The translations under genes and the position numbers were made by a program. The notes below the pieces were generated by a model that worked only from the letters and a program-made list of their open reading frames with translations, searched no databases and was not told the DNA's origin. Below are positions 19,255 to 28,946 of a DNA stretch of 64,000 nt, piece by piece. Origin of the DNA: a virus; the IMG/VR virus record IMGVR_UViG_3300020045_004509, positions 58,707-122,706 of that record; one strand, written 5' to 3'. Position 1 is the first letter of the stretch, and every line of letters starts with the position of its first letter.

Positions 19255-19434
19255 TACCATATTTTAGCACACTCACTATAACATTGACCAAAAGCAGTGC
19301 GAAATGGTTGCTGATCTAATATGCTAAAATATAGTAGCTATTTGTCCATGCCTTCCGATTAGCAAAACGGAATACTTTCAAGACTGGCAGAGGTACTTTC
19401 TTTCAATTGGCAAGCGACATTTCCATTTGACTAA

Positions 19435-19650
19435 TTATAAATTGTAATTATTTAGATTGCATTTTTCTGAATCCGTATCGCTAGGTATGCGAAATACTTT
19501 ACGCTCATATGATAATATATTTTCAATATCATCCATTACTTCAGGGGACATACCACCAACCCATGTATTACATGTTGATTGGAATGTGTAGCCTAGTTTG
19601 ATTTCTTTACCATTTGCCAACGGAAGTGTTAAAATTTTAATGTTGTTCAT
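19435..19650 (-). CDS. Hypothetical protein
   Basis: 71-aa ORF with AAAGGA RBS. Confidence 0.55.
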   Translation of the reverse strand: MNNIKILTLPLANGKEIKLGYTFQSTCNTWVGGMSPEVMDDIENILSYERKVFRIPSDTDSEKCNLNNYNL

Positions 19651-19675
19651 AATATATTTCCTTTATTAAAATTTA

Positions 19676-19843
19676 TTATTTGTCTTTTTTCACAATGTCA
19701 TATTCATCTTTTGGAACAATATAGTAACCATCAATAGTTACTGTTACCACATCATCAATTGAACTTACTAAAGCAGGCAATCCAGCTTGACGATCTTTTT
19801 CTGACATAATAACATCACAATTTTTCACATACGATTCATTCAT
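19676..19843 (-). CDS. Small hypothetical protein (55 aa)
   Basis: Found by hand (MNESYVKNCDV...), with AAGGA RBS. Confidence 0.5.
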   Translation of the reverse strand: MNESYVKNCDVIMSEKDRQAGLPALVSSIDDVVTVTIDGYYIVPKDEYDIVKKDK

Positions 19844-19871
19844 TTTAATTTCCTTGATATATTTGATAACA

Positions 19872-20152
19872 ATAAACCCATCATCATTTCCAGCCAGAGG
19901 TTCAAATAGTGTTAACTAAACAAAACCTAACTCTGGATTTAAAAGAACTTTACAGGCTAATATTTTACACTTGACTGTATGAATTCTAATACCTAAACTC
20001 TGATTTTTAATCGTATGATATTTGACCGTTAAAGGTAAATACGCTTTCGCGTTATCGGTTTGATTATACATCCAAGTATGGTGGGAAACATTTCAGTTCT
20101 CGTTTCCCAAAGAACAGTAATTTCTATTTGATCAGAAATGGAATGGGTATTC
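19872..20152 (-). ncRNA. Putative structured ncRNA with ~7-nt periodic tract
   Basis: Long-range closing helix, three internal hairpins and ~12 imperfect heptamers; no ORF in the supplied track. Confidence 0.6.
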
Positions 20153-20160
20153 TTTACATG

Positions 20161-20234
20161 TCAGTACGGTGGGCCTCGAACCCACATATTCTTGTTTCCA
20201 AAACAAGTCGCCGTCCCCTTGGCACCACATACTG
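20161..20234 (-). tRNA. tRNA-Pro(UGG), no encoded CCA
   Basis: Acceptor CAGTATG/CGTACTG, anticodon arm CTTGT-TT TGG AA-ACAAG, T arm GTGGG-TTCGAGG-CCCAC. Confidence 0.8.
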
Positions 20235-20244
20235 TATTTTTTAT

Positions 20245-20886
20245 TTAATCAGCAATTTCAATCATTGTCTTTGCATTACTTTCCGACAATAACAAATCAA
20301 CTTCACTTGACAAAACAGAAATTTCTTCTGTAAGTTTAGCAATTCTACTTTCAATCTTTGCTGGATCAAGCAAGGCAGCTTCTTTTTGTTCCTTTTGAGG
20401 GGTAGCAACATTCTTGAATGTATCCCCATCAATTTTAGCCTTATCAGCCCCATAGATTGAAGTCAGCAATGTATCAATAGTGTTATCCACAACTTGATTC
20501 AGGTTTTTGACTTCTGTATTTTCCCGTTGCAATTGTACCCGAAGATACTGAAGATACTGTTCTTTGAATGCAACAGTGGACTTCAATTCAATAATTTCAG
20601 CAACAGTCATAGTCTGACCCATGATTGACACAAATGTATTTGCGTTTGATAGAACAATCGCAGACTTGATCTTCTGACGCTTGGCAATAAGACCATCAAC
20701 AGTATCGAAACTGGATTGAATCTTGGCAGTCATTTGTTCAACCGAATCATTGGAACCACCAACCTTTTTGTATTGGTTCTTACCGATTGTTCGGGATACA
20801 TACTTACCCGAAGCAATTGCGGTATTGATTTGATCATTGGTACGCTTCAATGTAACCAATGCCCTTGAAATACTAATTTGACTCAT
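20245..20886 (-). CDS. Coiled-coil hypothetical protein upstream of tRNA-Pro and the putative ncRNA
   Basis: RAL..LK...I, IK.AI..SNA.T.V.I....TVAE.I, LLDP and D..LSESNA.T.I; own TATAAT and RBS. Confidence 0.8.
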   Translation of the reverse strand: MSQISISRALVTLKRTNDQINTAIASGKYVSRTIGKNQYKKVGGSNDSVEQMTAKIQSSFDTVDGLIAKRQKIKSAIVLSNANTFVSIMGQTMTVAEIIELKSTVAFKEQYLQYLRVQLQRENTEVKNLNQVVDNTIDTLLTSIYGADKAKIDGDTFKNVATPQKEQKEAALLDPAKIESRIAKLTEEISVLSSEVDLLLSESNAKTMIEIAD

Positions 20887-20928
20887 TTTAAATTTCCTTT
20901 TGTTTAAGTTGGTTAATTATAACACACT

Positions 20929-21129
20929 TTATTGACTGTTACCAGATTTCAGTAAAAATAATTTACCTTCGTTTCCACATTCAATACAAGAACGCATATC
21001 ATCACAAGTTGCGAATGATCGGTAGCCCCGCACTGGTTCAATTTCATCTTCTGCTTCAGGATGACAACAGATATCAGAAAATCTCGATTCACTTTGACGA
21101 TAGAATTCACAGTCTTTACATAATTTCAT
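20929..21129 (-). CDS. Small Cys-rich hypothetical protein
   Basis: Start MKLCKDC after AAGGA; ends CG.EGKLF. Confidence 0.6.
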   Translation of the reverse strand: MKLCKDCEFYRQSESRFSDICCHPEAEDEIEPVRGYRSFATCDDMRSCIECGNEGKLFLLKSGNSQ

Positions 21130-21145
21130 TTTATATTCCTTTTGT

Positions 21146-21391
21146 TTAATCAACGCGAATAGTCGATCCTTTGAACCAACCAGCACAGACTACTCCAGTT
21201 ACTTGTTGACCATTTGCACCTTTGGCTTCAAATCCAGTATGGAACGCATCTTTTTCGTCACAACCAAAAAATGCATAACCAGTTGTAACAATATTGGTAT
21301 AACCTGATGCTGCTAATGCTGATCGGGCAGCATCAGGTTTAGAACAAGCTGACAGAAGAATGATTGAAGCAATAATAAAAAGTTTTTTCAT
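21146..21391 (-). CDS. Putative lipoprotein
   Basis: Signal peptide with lipobox LSAC; G.VC.GWFKGSTIR. Confidence 0.8.
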   Translation of the reverse strand: MKKLFIIASIILLSACSKPDAARSALAASGYTNIVTTGYAFFGCDEKDAFHTGFEAKGANGQQVTGVVCAGWFKGSTIRVD

Positions 21392-21414
21392 TTTAGATTC
21401 CTTTAGATGATGAA

Positions 21415-22359
21415 TTATACCCTACTTTTGAACACTTCCATGATATTTTTAGAAATGATTTCATCTTTCGTGTTTGCTATCATTTCGGATGAAAATCTTG
21501 GATCATTTTTAAGAGCTTGAATGAACAATCCAAGTTCTTTATCCTGAAGTCCGGTAAGTTCTTTGACTATGTTTCCATTGAACTTTACTGCATTTGAATC
21601 AATCATCAACTTCTTTTTCCACAATGCATCATACTTTTCTTTGGCATCAGGAAACGCATCAAAAATCAAATCAAGATATATAGTTTTATCTTTTACGCGG
21701 GGAAACCATTCCTTTTTTGGTAATGTTGAACAAAGGTGAAGAAATTGATGATATGAAGGACGTTTTCTGTCCCTCACCCGCGAAATTGTATTGTTATTTT
21801 CCAACAAGAATACTTCTGGATTGAAATATTTTGATGCAACAATATTATCAAATACATCTTGAAATTCCGTTGCTGTACTTGGTAATGGTTTGATATCAAG
21901 AAAATCTTCTGCTTTCCTTGGATCAAGTGTCAACAGAACATCTCCTACTTTATGAGAATCGGATAGTCGTACTGGTAGCCATAGTCCATCATGCCCAAAT
22001 TTTAACCCTAACATATGAGCGATTTTCCCAACAAAATTACAACGGTCACTAGAACCTAGGTAATTTCTATGAAAGTCATATTCCTTTTCATTTGAAACTA
22101 TCAGATCAATTTGAAGTTCTTCATATAACAATGACCATGTATTTCCATTGTGATTAACATAATCTGTTCTGAACCAATCTTTAAGTCTATCTACTGACAA
22201 TGGGGATGCTGGAATACAGATCACATCCATATCCCCAAAAGTTTCTTTCGATTTAAGATAAGGACAAACTTCAAATTTATCAAACAACGCAGCAAAAATA
22301 CCATCAGAAAGATGATCTTCTATTGCGATATATTCATCCCTATTATATCGTCTATTCAT
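21415..22359 (-). CDS. Pol-beta-superfamily nucleotidyltransferase-like protein
   Basis: K.TFGDMDV and a third Asp in QIDLI. Confidence 0.65.
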   Translation of the reverse strand: MNRRYNRDEYIAIEDHLSDGIFAALFDKFEVCPYLKSKETFGDMDVICIPASPLSVDRLKDWFRTDYVNHNGNTWSLLYEELQIDLIVSNEKEYDFHRNYLGSSDRCNFVGKIAHMLGLKFGHDGLWLPVRLSDSHKVGDVLLTLDPRKAEDFLDIKPLPSTATEFQDVFDNIVASKYFNPEVFLLENNNTISRVRDRKRPSYHQFLHLCSTLPKKEWFPRVKDKTIYLDLIFDAFPDAKEKYDALWKKKLMIDSNAVKFNGNIVKELTGLQDKELGLFIQALKNDPRFSSEMIANTKDEIISKNIMEVFKSRV

Positions 22360-22415
22360 TCCCGGAAAAACATTACCACCAATTTTGGGTTCCTCAACTT
22401 TCTTTAGTTGATAGA

Positions 22416-22823
22416 TTATACCAGAACAATGCGATTGATGTCAACGGTTGTTGTTGAATAATCATCAAATCTTACCGTTGCTAACGTAACCCGTGTATCA
22501 TAAGGACTTTTCTTGATTTCAAAGACTTTACCTTGTTTTTCTTTGAACTTTTTGGAATTAGAAATTTTGCATTTCTTACCAATACGAATGATGGTAAGTC
22601 CCCGTTTTGCGGATTGTTCATCTAACCAAGCATGATACATATCCATGACTTCTTTAGACGCATTCACGGGATGATGATAGTAACCGCCCCCGAATCGGGT
22701 TGACCCGATCATGATTTCTTCAAATTGGTTCGTTCCTTCGATTTGGAAAACCGCGAAAAAATCTGAGTCATCGTACCCATTCATTTCGCGGTTGGAAACG
22801 CAGATTCTGGATTGGTTTGTCAT
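22416..22823 (-). CDS. Hypothetical protein
   Basis: 135-aa ORF with early promoter and RBS. Confidence 0.65.
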   Translation of the reverse strand: MTNQSRICVSNREMNGYDDSDFFAVFQIEGTNQFEEIMIGSTRFGGGYYHHPVNASKEVMDMYHAWLDEQSAKRGLTIIRIGKKCKISNSKKFKEKQGKVFEIKKSPYDTRVTLATVRFDDYSTTTVDINRIVLV

Positions 22824-22867
22824 GATTACTTCCTTTGTTGATTTGGAAGTCTGAATTATATCACAGT

Positions 22868-25099
22868 TTACCAGTTGTCATCCCCAAATTCATCATGTTC
22901 ATCAGTTCTTTGTTTTGCATCAGAAATCCGTTCATGAACTTCCTTAACATAATCATTGAAGTGTTCTGTATCATCATATCGGGAAGAATTATTTTCTGTC
23001 TTGTAATTTTCTAATACATCAAGATTCCCAAGATGTTTTTCGGCAACTTCCATTTGGGGATAATTGCGAATAAGTTCATTCCTATGAGTCGATCCATCTG
23101 TTGCATGTTTATCAAGATGATTGTCAATATTTGACACATAACTTTCAATTCTACCATGCAACGCATCTTGAAGATTTCCTTTTTCTTCATCTTCGTCTGG
23201 ATCATACAAATCATCTGGATGTTTAGCTTTTTGGGCATCAATATGATCAGTAATCTTTTGGTCAGCATCTTCAACCAATTTTTGATGGGCTTTCAGATGA
23301 TCATTGGATGACTTTGCATCTTCAAAGTAAAACTGCTTTCCTGTCTTTGCTAATTCATCATGATCAGATGATGTCATTACTGACGAAATAGCTTCTGGAA
23401 TCTTGTTTACTTTATCAAATATAGCATTAGCCCGAATCGGAAATGTTTTTTCGTTCACAAATCGATTCTTCAGTTTTACTTTAGTATCTGTTGAAATATT
23501 TGGATTTTCTGCTAAGTCTACCCCATGATTATGGGAATTAGCAAACTGCGACAAATCATCAAATGATGCAAATTTAGAATTGCGCATTAATTGATGGGTA
23601 TTGCTAAATTTATAGGAATTACTTAAATTATTTACAAATGCATCATGATGTTCTTGGGTAAAGTTTTCGTTCTTAGGAAGAATATTAACCAAATCAGAAT
23701 TTCGCATATTGGTAGTCAACTTATCCAAATTTTCCTTGGAAAAATATCCAGCATGTTCCCTAACGGGATATGCAGACCCTGACATATTGTTGACATAGTT
23801 ATCAACAACCTTATCATAATGTTTTGGCTTCAACAAAGATCGACGAACATGAATATAATCATCTGGATTTACTTGATCAACCAAAGACTCATGAAGTTTT
23901 GAGTTCATTAGCATTCTTCTTGGGATGCCTTGATTCGATGCAGCAAATGAATTAATGGCATTCGTCGAAAATTTATCCCCATGAAGCATTGCTAAAGTTC
24001 TAACCGCCGCTTTATTTTCATCAGTAATATTATGCCCATCGATCAGTTTATGAAGGGCTGCTACATGTTGAACACTAAGATTACCAACTTGGGCCATATT
24101 GGAAACAAATGTTGGTTTATCTAAAGAATACTGCTTACCATGTAGTATTGCATGATCAATAATTGGTTTATCTAATCCAGTTCCAGTTTTATCAACTAAT
24201 GGTTTATTTCTATTGATTTTATCTTCTACTTGGTCTTTAGACATAGCAGAATATGTTGACCCCATTGTATCATTGTAGATTTTAGAATTCAAATGATATG
24301 TTGTTCCATCCTTTGCAGGAAAACTATTTGTTAAGAATGTATTGAATACATGGGGGAAAGCGGAGGAACTTGACCCCCATACTTTATCTTCGGCCCGAAC
24401 AATCGTATCCGATTCATGATCATCTGGTTCTTCATGCATTGGTTTAGCGGAAATTCGGGCAAGTGGTTTATCAGGTTCTCCCCACTTCATTGCCCCTTCA
24501 TCGTCATGATGCACTTCGAAAGCAACAACTGAACCATTTTCAGAATCATCCCTAAGATATCTTCTATGAATTCCACTTTCAAGATTCATGCATGATTGGG
24601 TTTCCCATGAACAACCCGGAGAAGTTGATGATGCAATTGCGACTGGACTATGGGCAATAAGGGCATATGTTTGCTTTCCTGATAAAGCTTTTGTTGATGC
24701 CCTTGCTGGATCATTGATGAATGTTTTCTTGATGTCATCAGATGCATTCGTTTCATCTAAAACTTTACCAATAGATTTCGAAACAATCTTTTCTTGGGGG
24801 CCATTTTGAGGATGATTAACAATCACTTTCTTTTGGGCGATTCCTTTTTGATAATCAGACACATCCCAATCATGTTTTGTTAGATGTTCAGCAACGTCTG
24901 AATCCATATCGCCATGACCTTGTTTTGGAATTGGAATAACAGTAAATCCTTTAGCACCGAATGCATGACTGAACTTATCATGGGTTTCTTGGGAAAGATT
25001 AGCATGATGATCCCAATTTTCAGGAATGTGTCTAAGATGATCAGGAATGATTGTTTCTGAAATAGTTTGTTTTAGGCGAAATTCTTTAAAAGTAAGCAT
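22868..25099 (-). CDS. Large late protein, paralog family member 2
   Basis: N-terminus MLTFKEF; core DPAR...SCMNL...RAEDKVWG. Confidence 0.75.
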   Translation of the reverse strand: MLTFKEFRLKQTISETIIPDHLRHIPENWDHHANLSQETHDKFSHAFGAKGFTVIPIPKQGHGDMDSDVAEHLTKHDWDVSDYQKGIAQKKVIVNHPQNGPQEKIVSKSIGKVLDETNASDDIKKTFINDPARASTKALSGKQTYALIAHSPVAIASSTSPGCSWETQSCMNLESGIHRRYLRDDSENGSVVAFEVHHDDEGAMKWGEPDKPLARISAKPMHEEPDDHESDTIVRAEDKVWGSSSSAFPHVFNTFLTNSFPAKDGTTYHLNSKIYNDTMGSTYSAMSKDQVEDKINRNKPLVDKTGTGLDKPIIDHAILHGKQYSLDKPTFVSNMAQVGNLSVQHVAALHKLIDGHNITDENKAAVRTLAMLHGDKFSTNAINSFAASNQGIPRRMLMNSKLHESLVDQVNPDDYIHVRRSLLKPKHYDKVVDNYVNNMSGSAYPVREHAGYFSKENLDKLTTNMRNSDLVNILPKNENFTQEHHDAFVNNLSNSYKFSNTHQLMRNSKFASFDDLSQFANSHNHGVDLAENPNISTDTKVKLKNRFVNEKTFPIRANAIFDKVNKIPEAISSVMTSSDHDELAKTGKQFYFEDAKSSNDHLKAHQKLVEDADQKITDHIDAQKAKHPDDLYDPDEDEEKGNLQDALHGRIESYVSNIDNHLDKHATDGSTHRNELIRNYPQMEVAEKHLGNLDVLENYKTENNSSRYDDTEHFNDYVKEVHERISDAKQRTDEHDEFGDDNW

Positions 25100-25107
25100 G
25101 GAGTTCC

Positions 25108-27513
25108 TTAACCGTTATAATGAGACAATGTGCGTTTGCGAAAGATTGCATTCGATGAAATCTTGGAATTTGGGTGTTTAACAAATGAATCTAACAAATC
25201 TTCATTCTTTGTTGCAGATGCAACCGAAGCAAGCATATCGGGGGTTCCCCTTTGCAACATTTCAGTTTCTAAATTTGGAATACCAGAATGTCTTGAATAT
25301 GCTGCCCCCAATTTATCATCAGGAACCAAGTGAAGTAGATGGGGGGATTTTTCTGCAACATAAGAAATTACCCTTGAATGGAGTATGCCGCTATCATTGG
25401 TAATATTGATTAGTTTCTTTCCAATTTCATGATCCTTATATTTAGATGCAATGAAGTCCATTGTGTCATCATGCCCTCTTAGATCAATCATTCCTGTTGA
25501 TGGATTCTTTTCGTTTAGTTCTTTTGCCTGAAGAATAGATGCTAAATGGGTATCGTCAGAATTTGGATTATGGATAATATTATGAATGATTTCGTGAGAA
25601 TAGTTACCAACCAGTTTTCTTACCCCCGGAATGTTCGTCGCTCCTGCCCCCCATGTATTCAAAACCTGATGTAGTTGTTCAGGGGAAGAATTTACATTTT
25701 TAGAGACACCTTTTGATACAATTGGGGAATCGAATGTTGAATCTAATAATGGTTGAATCTGTTCAGGGGTCTTTGCGTACTGTGCAATTTGGGATTTGAA
25801 ATGGGAAGACTTCATAGGATTGTTATCATCTTTGATGGCAACCTTTCGGAAAATTTCATCCCTTGTATAATCAGACATATTGGGGTTCTTCATTGCTGCA
25901 ACAACCCCATGGGAATATTTTAATTCAAATGCTTTACTGACCAAATGATGTATCACATCAGGATCAGGATGATGTTCTAACGCAAATGTGTCTTGACTTT
26001 GATCTTTCCAATATTCGTCATGTTTAGAATCAAAATTTCGAATTTTTGTTGGGCCTTCTTGATATGCGTCATGGTGAAGGGTGTATTCAGCGTCAGTTGC
26101 TGGATAATTTTCTTCACAATGTTTCTGAAGTGTTTCAGTAAAACCAGCCCATTCATTACCATAAATTTGTCCTGTTGGTCTAATGATAGGTTTACCCCCT
26201 TCATTAGAATAGAACACATTCAATGTCTGTCTTGCAATTTTGTTGTAATGTTCATGAATTTTGTCGGGGTCATTTGTCAGAAATGCGACATGTGCGCCTG
26301 ATGCAACAATATGAGGAACCTTTTCTGCTTGGGCTCCCCGTTTTTGATCATTTATTGATTTATTACCTTGTCTATCAGTATATCGGGCAGGCCCACCTAA
26401 TGTTAAGCATGAATCAGAATTTTCATGGGTAGATAATCCAGCAACAACATGGGGATTTCGGGAAATTACAATCTTTGCGCGTTTACTTTCCCCATCATCT
26501 TTCTGATAAATGCCTTGTCTTGCTGGATCAGTTTCGAATAATGTTTTTACATTAGTAGATGCTTTTGTTAACTCAAGAATCTTACCAATTTTGATTTTTC
26601 TATTCGGGGTTGATTCATGAGCAGCCAAACCATCAGAATAATTTCCAGCAATATTATAGCCATGAGTATTAAGATGATGAACAACTTCTGAATTAGGTTT
26701 AGCGTTCTTTGGTCGTTCAAGATCGATTACGATGGTATCATTAGGCATCTTATCCTTAGAAACCCGTTCAGCAGCAGTTAGCCCCCCATATTTGGTTGAA
26801 TTTGATGCTTTAGTTGCCATTGCTTTGTGAGCAGGGTCTTGAATCGCTTCAATAAGATTATCGGATTTTTTGGAATATCCTGAACCAATTGCAGATTTGA
26901 TTTGGTTAGGATGAAACACATTTGCAATAATATGATCATCGTATTTTACAATCACCCCATCATGACCAGTGATTTTTGTAAAATTTTCTAAAAATTCTTT
27001 ATGATTATCCCCATAGAAATCTCTATGAATTGTTCCCATTGCCTGAAATTTGGAACGATCTTTATATGCATCAACCGCCTGATTCAATACTTTATGATAT
27101 CCCTCATAAGATACATCCCCAAAATTTTCCAAGGATTCTTTATGATTTGGAGCAGACGTAATCAGTTTTTGAATATGAAGTCTTGATAATGGTTTCTCAT
27201 CTTCATTATAGATGATGGGCTTTTCCATTCTAATGTGAACAGGAATTACATTCGATGAGTTTCCCCCATATGCATAACTTGATGCTATTTCTGGTTTATT
27301 GCTAAAATAGAACCCAGCCCCATATGAATCAGCCCCTTTACCAACAAACGCATGATCAAACTTTTCTATATCAGAACTAGTACCATGATAAAACGTATGG
27401 GGAATACCGTTTGTATGAAGAACAGATTTACCAAACCAAGACTTAAAATCATCTTGTTTTGATTCTGGGATACTGATTACATGTCGAATGGCTTCGTATA
27501 AAGATTGTTTCAT
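25108..27513 (-). CDS. Large late protein, paralog family member 3, with N-terminal ADP-ribosyltransferase-like (ART-PolyVal-type) domain
   Basis: FK.WFG.S, YHGT, G.GFYFS...A..YA, HDGVI and VF.PNQIKSA; then the family core and NPN helical repeats. Confidence 0.75.
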   Translation of the reverse strand: MKQSLYEAIRHVISIPESKQDDFKSWFGKSVLHTNGIPHTFYHGTSSDIEKFDHAFVGKGADSYGAGFYFSNKPEIASSYAYGGNSSNVIPVHIRMEKPIIYNEDEKPLSRLHIQKLITSAPNHKESLENFGDVSYEGYHKVLNQAVDAYKDRSKFQAMGTIHRDFYGDNHKEFLENFTKITGHDGVIVKYDDHIIANVFHPNQIKSAIGSGYSKKSDNLIEAIQDPAHKAMATKASNSTKYGGLTAAERVSKDKMPNDTIVIDLERPKNAKPNSEVVHHLNTHGYNIAGNYSDGLAAHESTPNRKIKIGKILELTKASTNVKTLFETDPARQGIYQKDDGESKRAKIVISRNPHVVAGLSTHENSDSCLTLGGPARYTDRQGNKSINDQKRGAQAEKVPHIVASGAHVAFLTNDPDKIHEHYNKIARQTLNVFYSNEGGKPIIRPTGQIYGNEWAGFTETLQKHCEENYPATDAEYTLHHDAYQEGPTKIRNFDSKHDEYWKDQSQDTFALEHHPDPDVIHHLVSKAFELKYSHGVVAAMKNPNMSDYTRDEIFRKVAIKDDNNPMKSSHFKSQIAQYAKTPEQIQPLLDSTFDSPIVSKGVSKNVNSSPEQLHQVLNTWGAGATNIPGVRKLVGNYSHEIIHNIIHNPNSDDTHLASILQAKELNEKNPSTGMIDLRGHDDTMDFIASKYKDHEIGKKLINITNDSGILHSRVISYVAEKSPHLLHLVPDDKLGAAYSRHSGIPNLETEMLQRGTPDMLASVASATKNEDLLDSFVKHPNSKISSNAIFRKRTLSHYNG

Positions 27514-27554
27514 GAAGATAATTTAGAATTAGTTATCCTCTATTTAGAAAGATT

Positions 27555-27824
27555 TCAATTTCGTGCTTTGGCTAACTTATCAATCGTGTCAGAAATTTGA
27601 TCTTGCAAATCTGCTTCAAGTTCATCGAATAGATATTGAACAGTGTCGCCATTTTCATTGACCCCTTCAATAAGATTGAATTCAGTGTCAACATCGAACC
27701 AACCATTGCAATCTTGATCAGAATCAATGCAATCAGGATTTGGTTCTTGACAGTCAACAACAATAGTCGCATCAACGTAAAATTCGGAACCGGATTTGTC
27801 AGTAATAAAGAAATTAATGTTCAT
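27555..27824 (-). CDS. Acidic hypothetical protein
   Basis: 89-aa ORF with early promoter. Confidence 0.6.
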   Translation of the reverse strand: MNINFFITDKSGSEFYVDATIVVDCQEPNPDCIDSDQDCNGWFDVDTEFNLIEGVNENGDTVQYLFDELEADLQDQISDTIDKLAKARN

Positions 27825-27851
27825 TTTTAAGCCTTTGTTTAAGATGATGAA

Positions 27852-28727
27852 TTATAACCCACTTCGTTCGCGTTTCTTTCTTGCATCAGTATATTGTTTG
27901 GCTAAATTGCTACTGTATCCATAATCCAACATAACAAGATGTCGTTTACCAGATACTGGATGGGTATATACCCCACAATTACGTTTTGCAAAATCGCAGG
28001 GATGTAATCCTGAATCGTGCATGAAATTTATTGCATCAGATACCCATGGATGTTTACTAACCTTATCCATGCGTTCATCAGTCGAACCATTATATGGTTG
28101 TCCCATTGAATAAGAATGTTCCCGATTCAGGGTATGAAAAATATCATCAAATGTAATCCCATGGGGAAAATCAGGGGTTCTTGTTAGTTGAATCATATCC
28201 CCCTTACCGATTGGGGCAGCTTTCCCCATTTCGATGTGATGTCCTTCTGGATGAGAACTAAAAACAGGGGGAATGATACCCCCCGATTGGGAATCGTTAG
28301 TTTTGAAAGTTCCATCATCTTTCTTAGCAAGAACCGAATAATTATTTGTTAGATGGGGGTCAGCTTCTAATTGATTCTGTTGAATCCCAAACATAGTATT
28401 CTTGTGATGATGATCAAGGATGCCTTTAAACGCGATTTTAACAGCCGTTTGGGAAGTTGTGGGGTTACCATCAACCACTACTTGTTTTGCTTCCTTGGGG
28501 AAGAATACAGCCCTGCTTGACCCCATTTTAGGGGTACTATTTTCTAATCCGGTATCAACCCCTGCTGAAGCAAGTTCCCTAACCTTTTTTGATACAACAT
28601 CAAGTTTATTTTCTTGTTGAATTGAATCAGAATCAAGAATATTTTGAATTTCTGGATGTAATTCTTCAACCAAAAGTTGCTTGGTTGAATACATTTGGGA
28701 ATAGGCTTCAGTAATGGTGTTTTGCAT
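27852..28727 (-). CDS. Protein-kinase-like fold late protein
   Basis: GSSRAVF, AVKIA, QN.LE, DF...NCG and LVMLDYG; CTAAATA upstream. Confidence 0.65.
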   Translation of the reverse strand: MQNTITEAYSQMYSTKQLLVEELHPEIQNILDSDSIQQENKLDVVSKKVRELASAGVDTGLENSTPKMGSSRAVFFPKEAKQVVVDGNPTTSQTAVKIAFKGILDHHHKNTMFGIQQNQLEADPHLTNNYSVLAKKDDGTFKTNDSQSGGIIPPVFSSHPEGHHIEMGKAAPIGKGDMIQLTRTPDFPHGITFDDIFHTLNREHSYSMGQPYNGSTDERMDKVSKHPWVSDAINFMHDSGLHPCDFAKRNCGVYTHPVSGKRHLVMLDYGYSSNLAKQYTDARKKRERSGL

Positions 28728-28946
28728 AGATTTTCCTTTAGAATATTTAGCATTCCACTTTATCTAAAGGAAATACATACCCACAATGTTCGCAAGTAAC
28801 TTCAAGCCCTTCTAATATATCCCATTGATTGGTGAAAATACAATGTGCTATGTGATCTTCGGGGTTATGAAATGTATCATACAAATCATTATCTTCATTA
28901 CACTTTGGACATTCAATATCCAATGACCATGAAAGGGTTGCTACAT

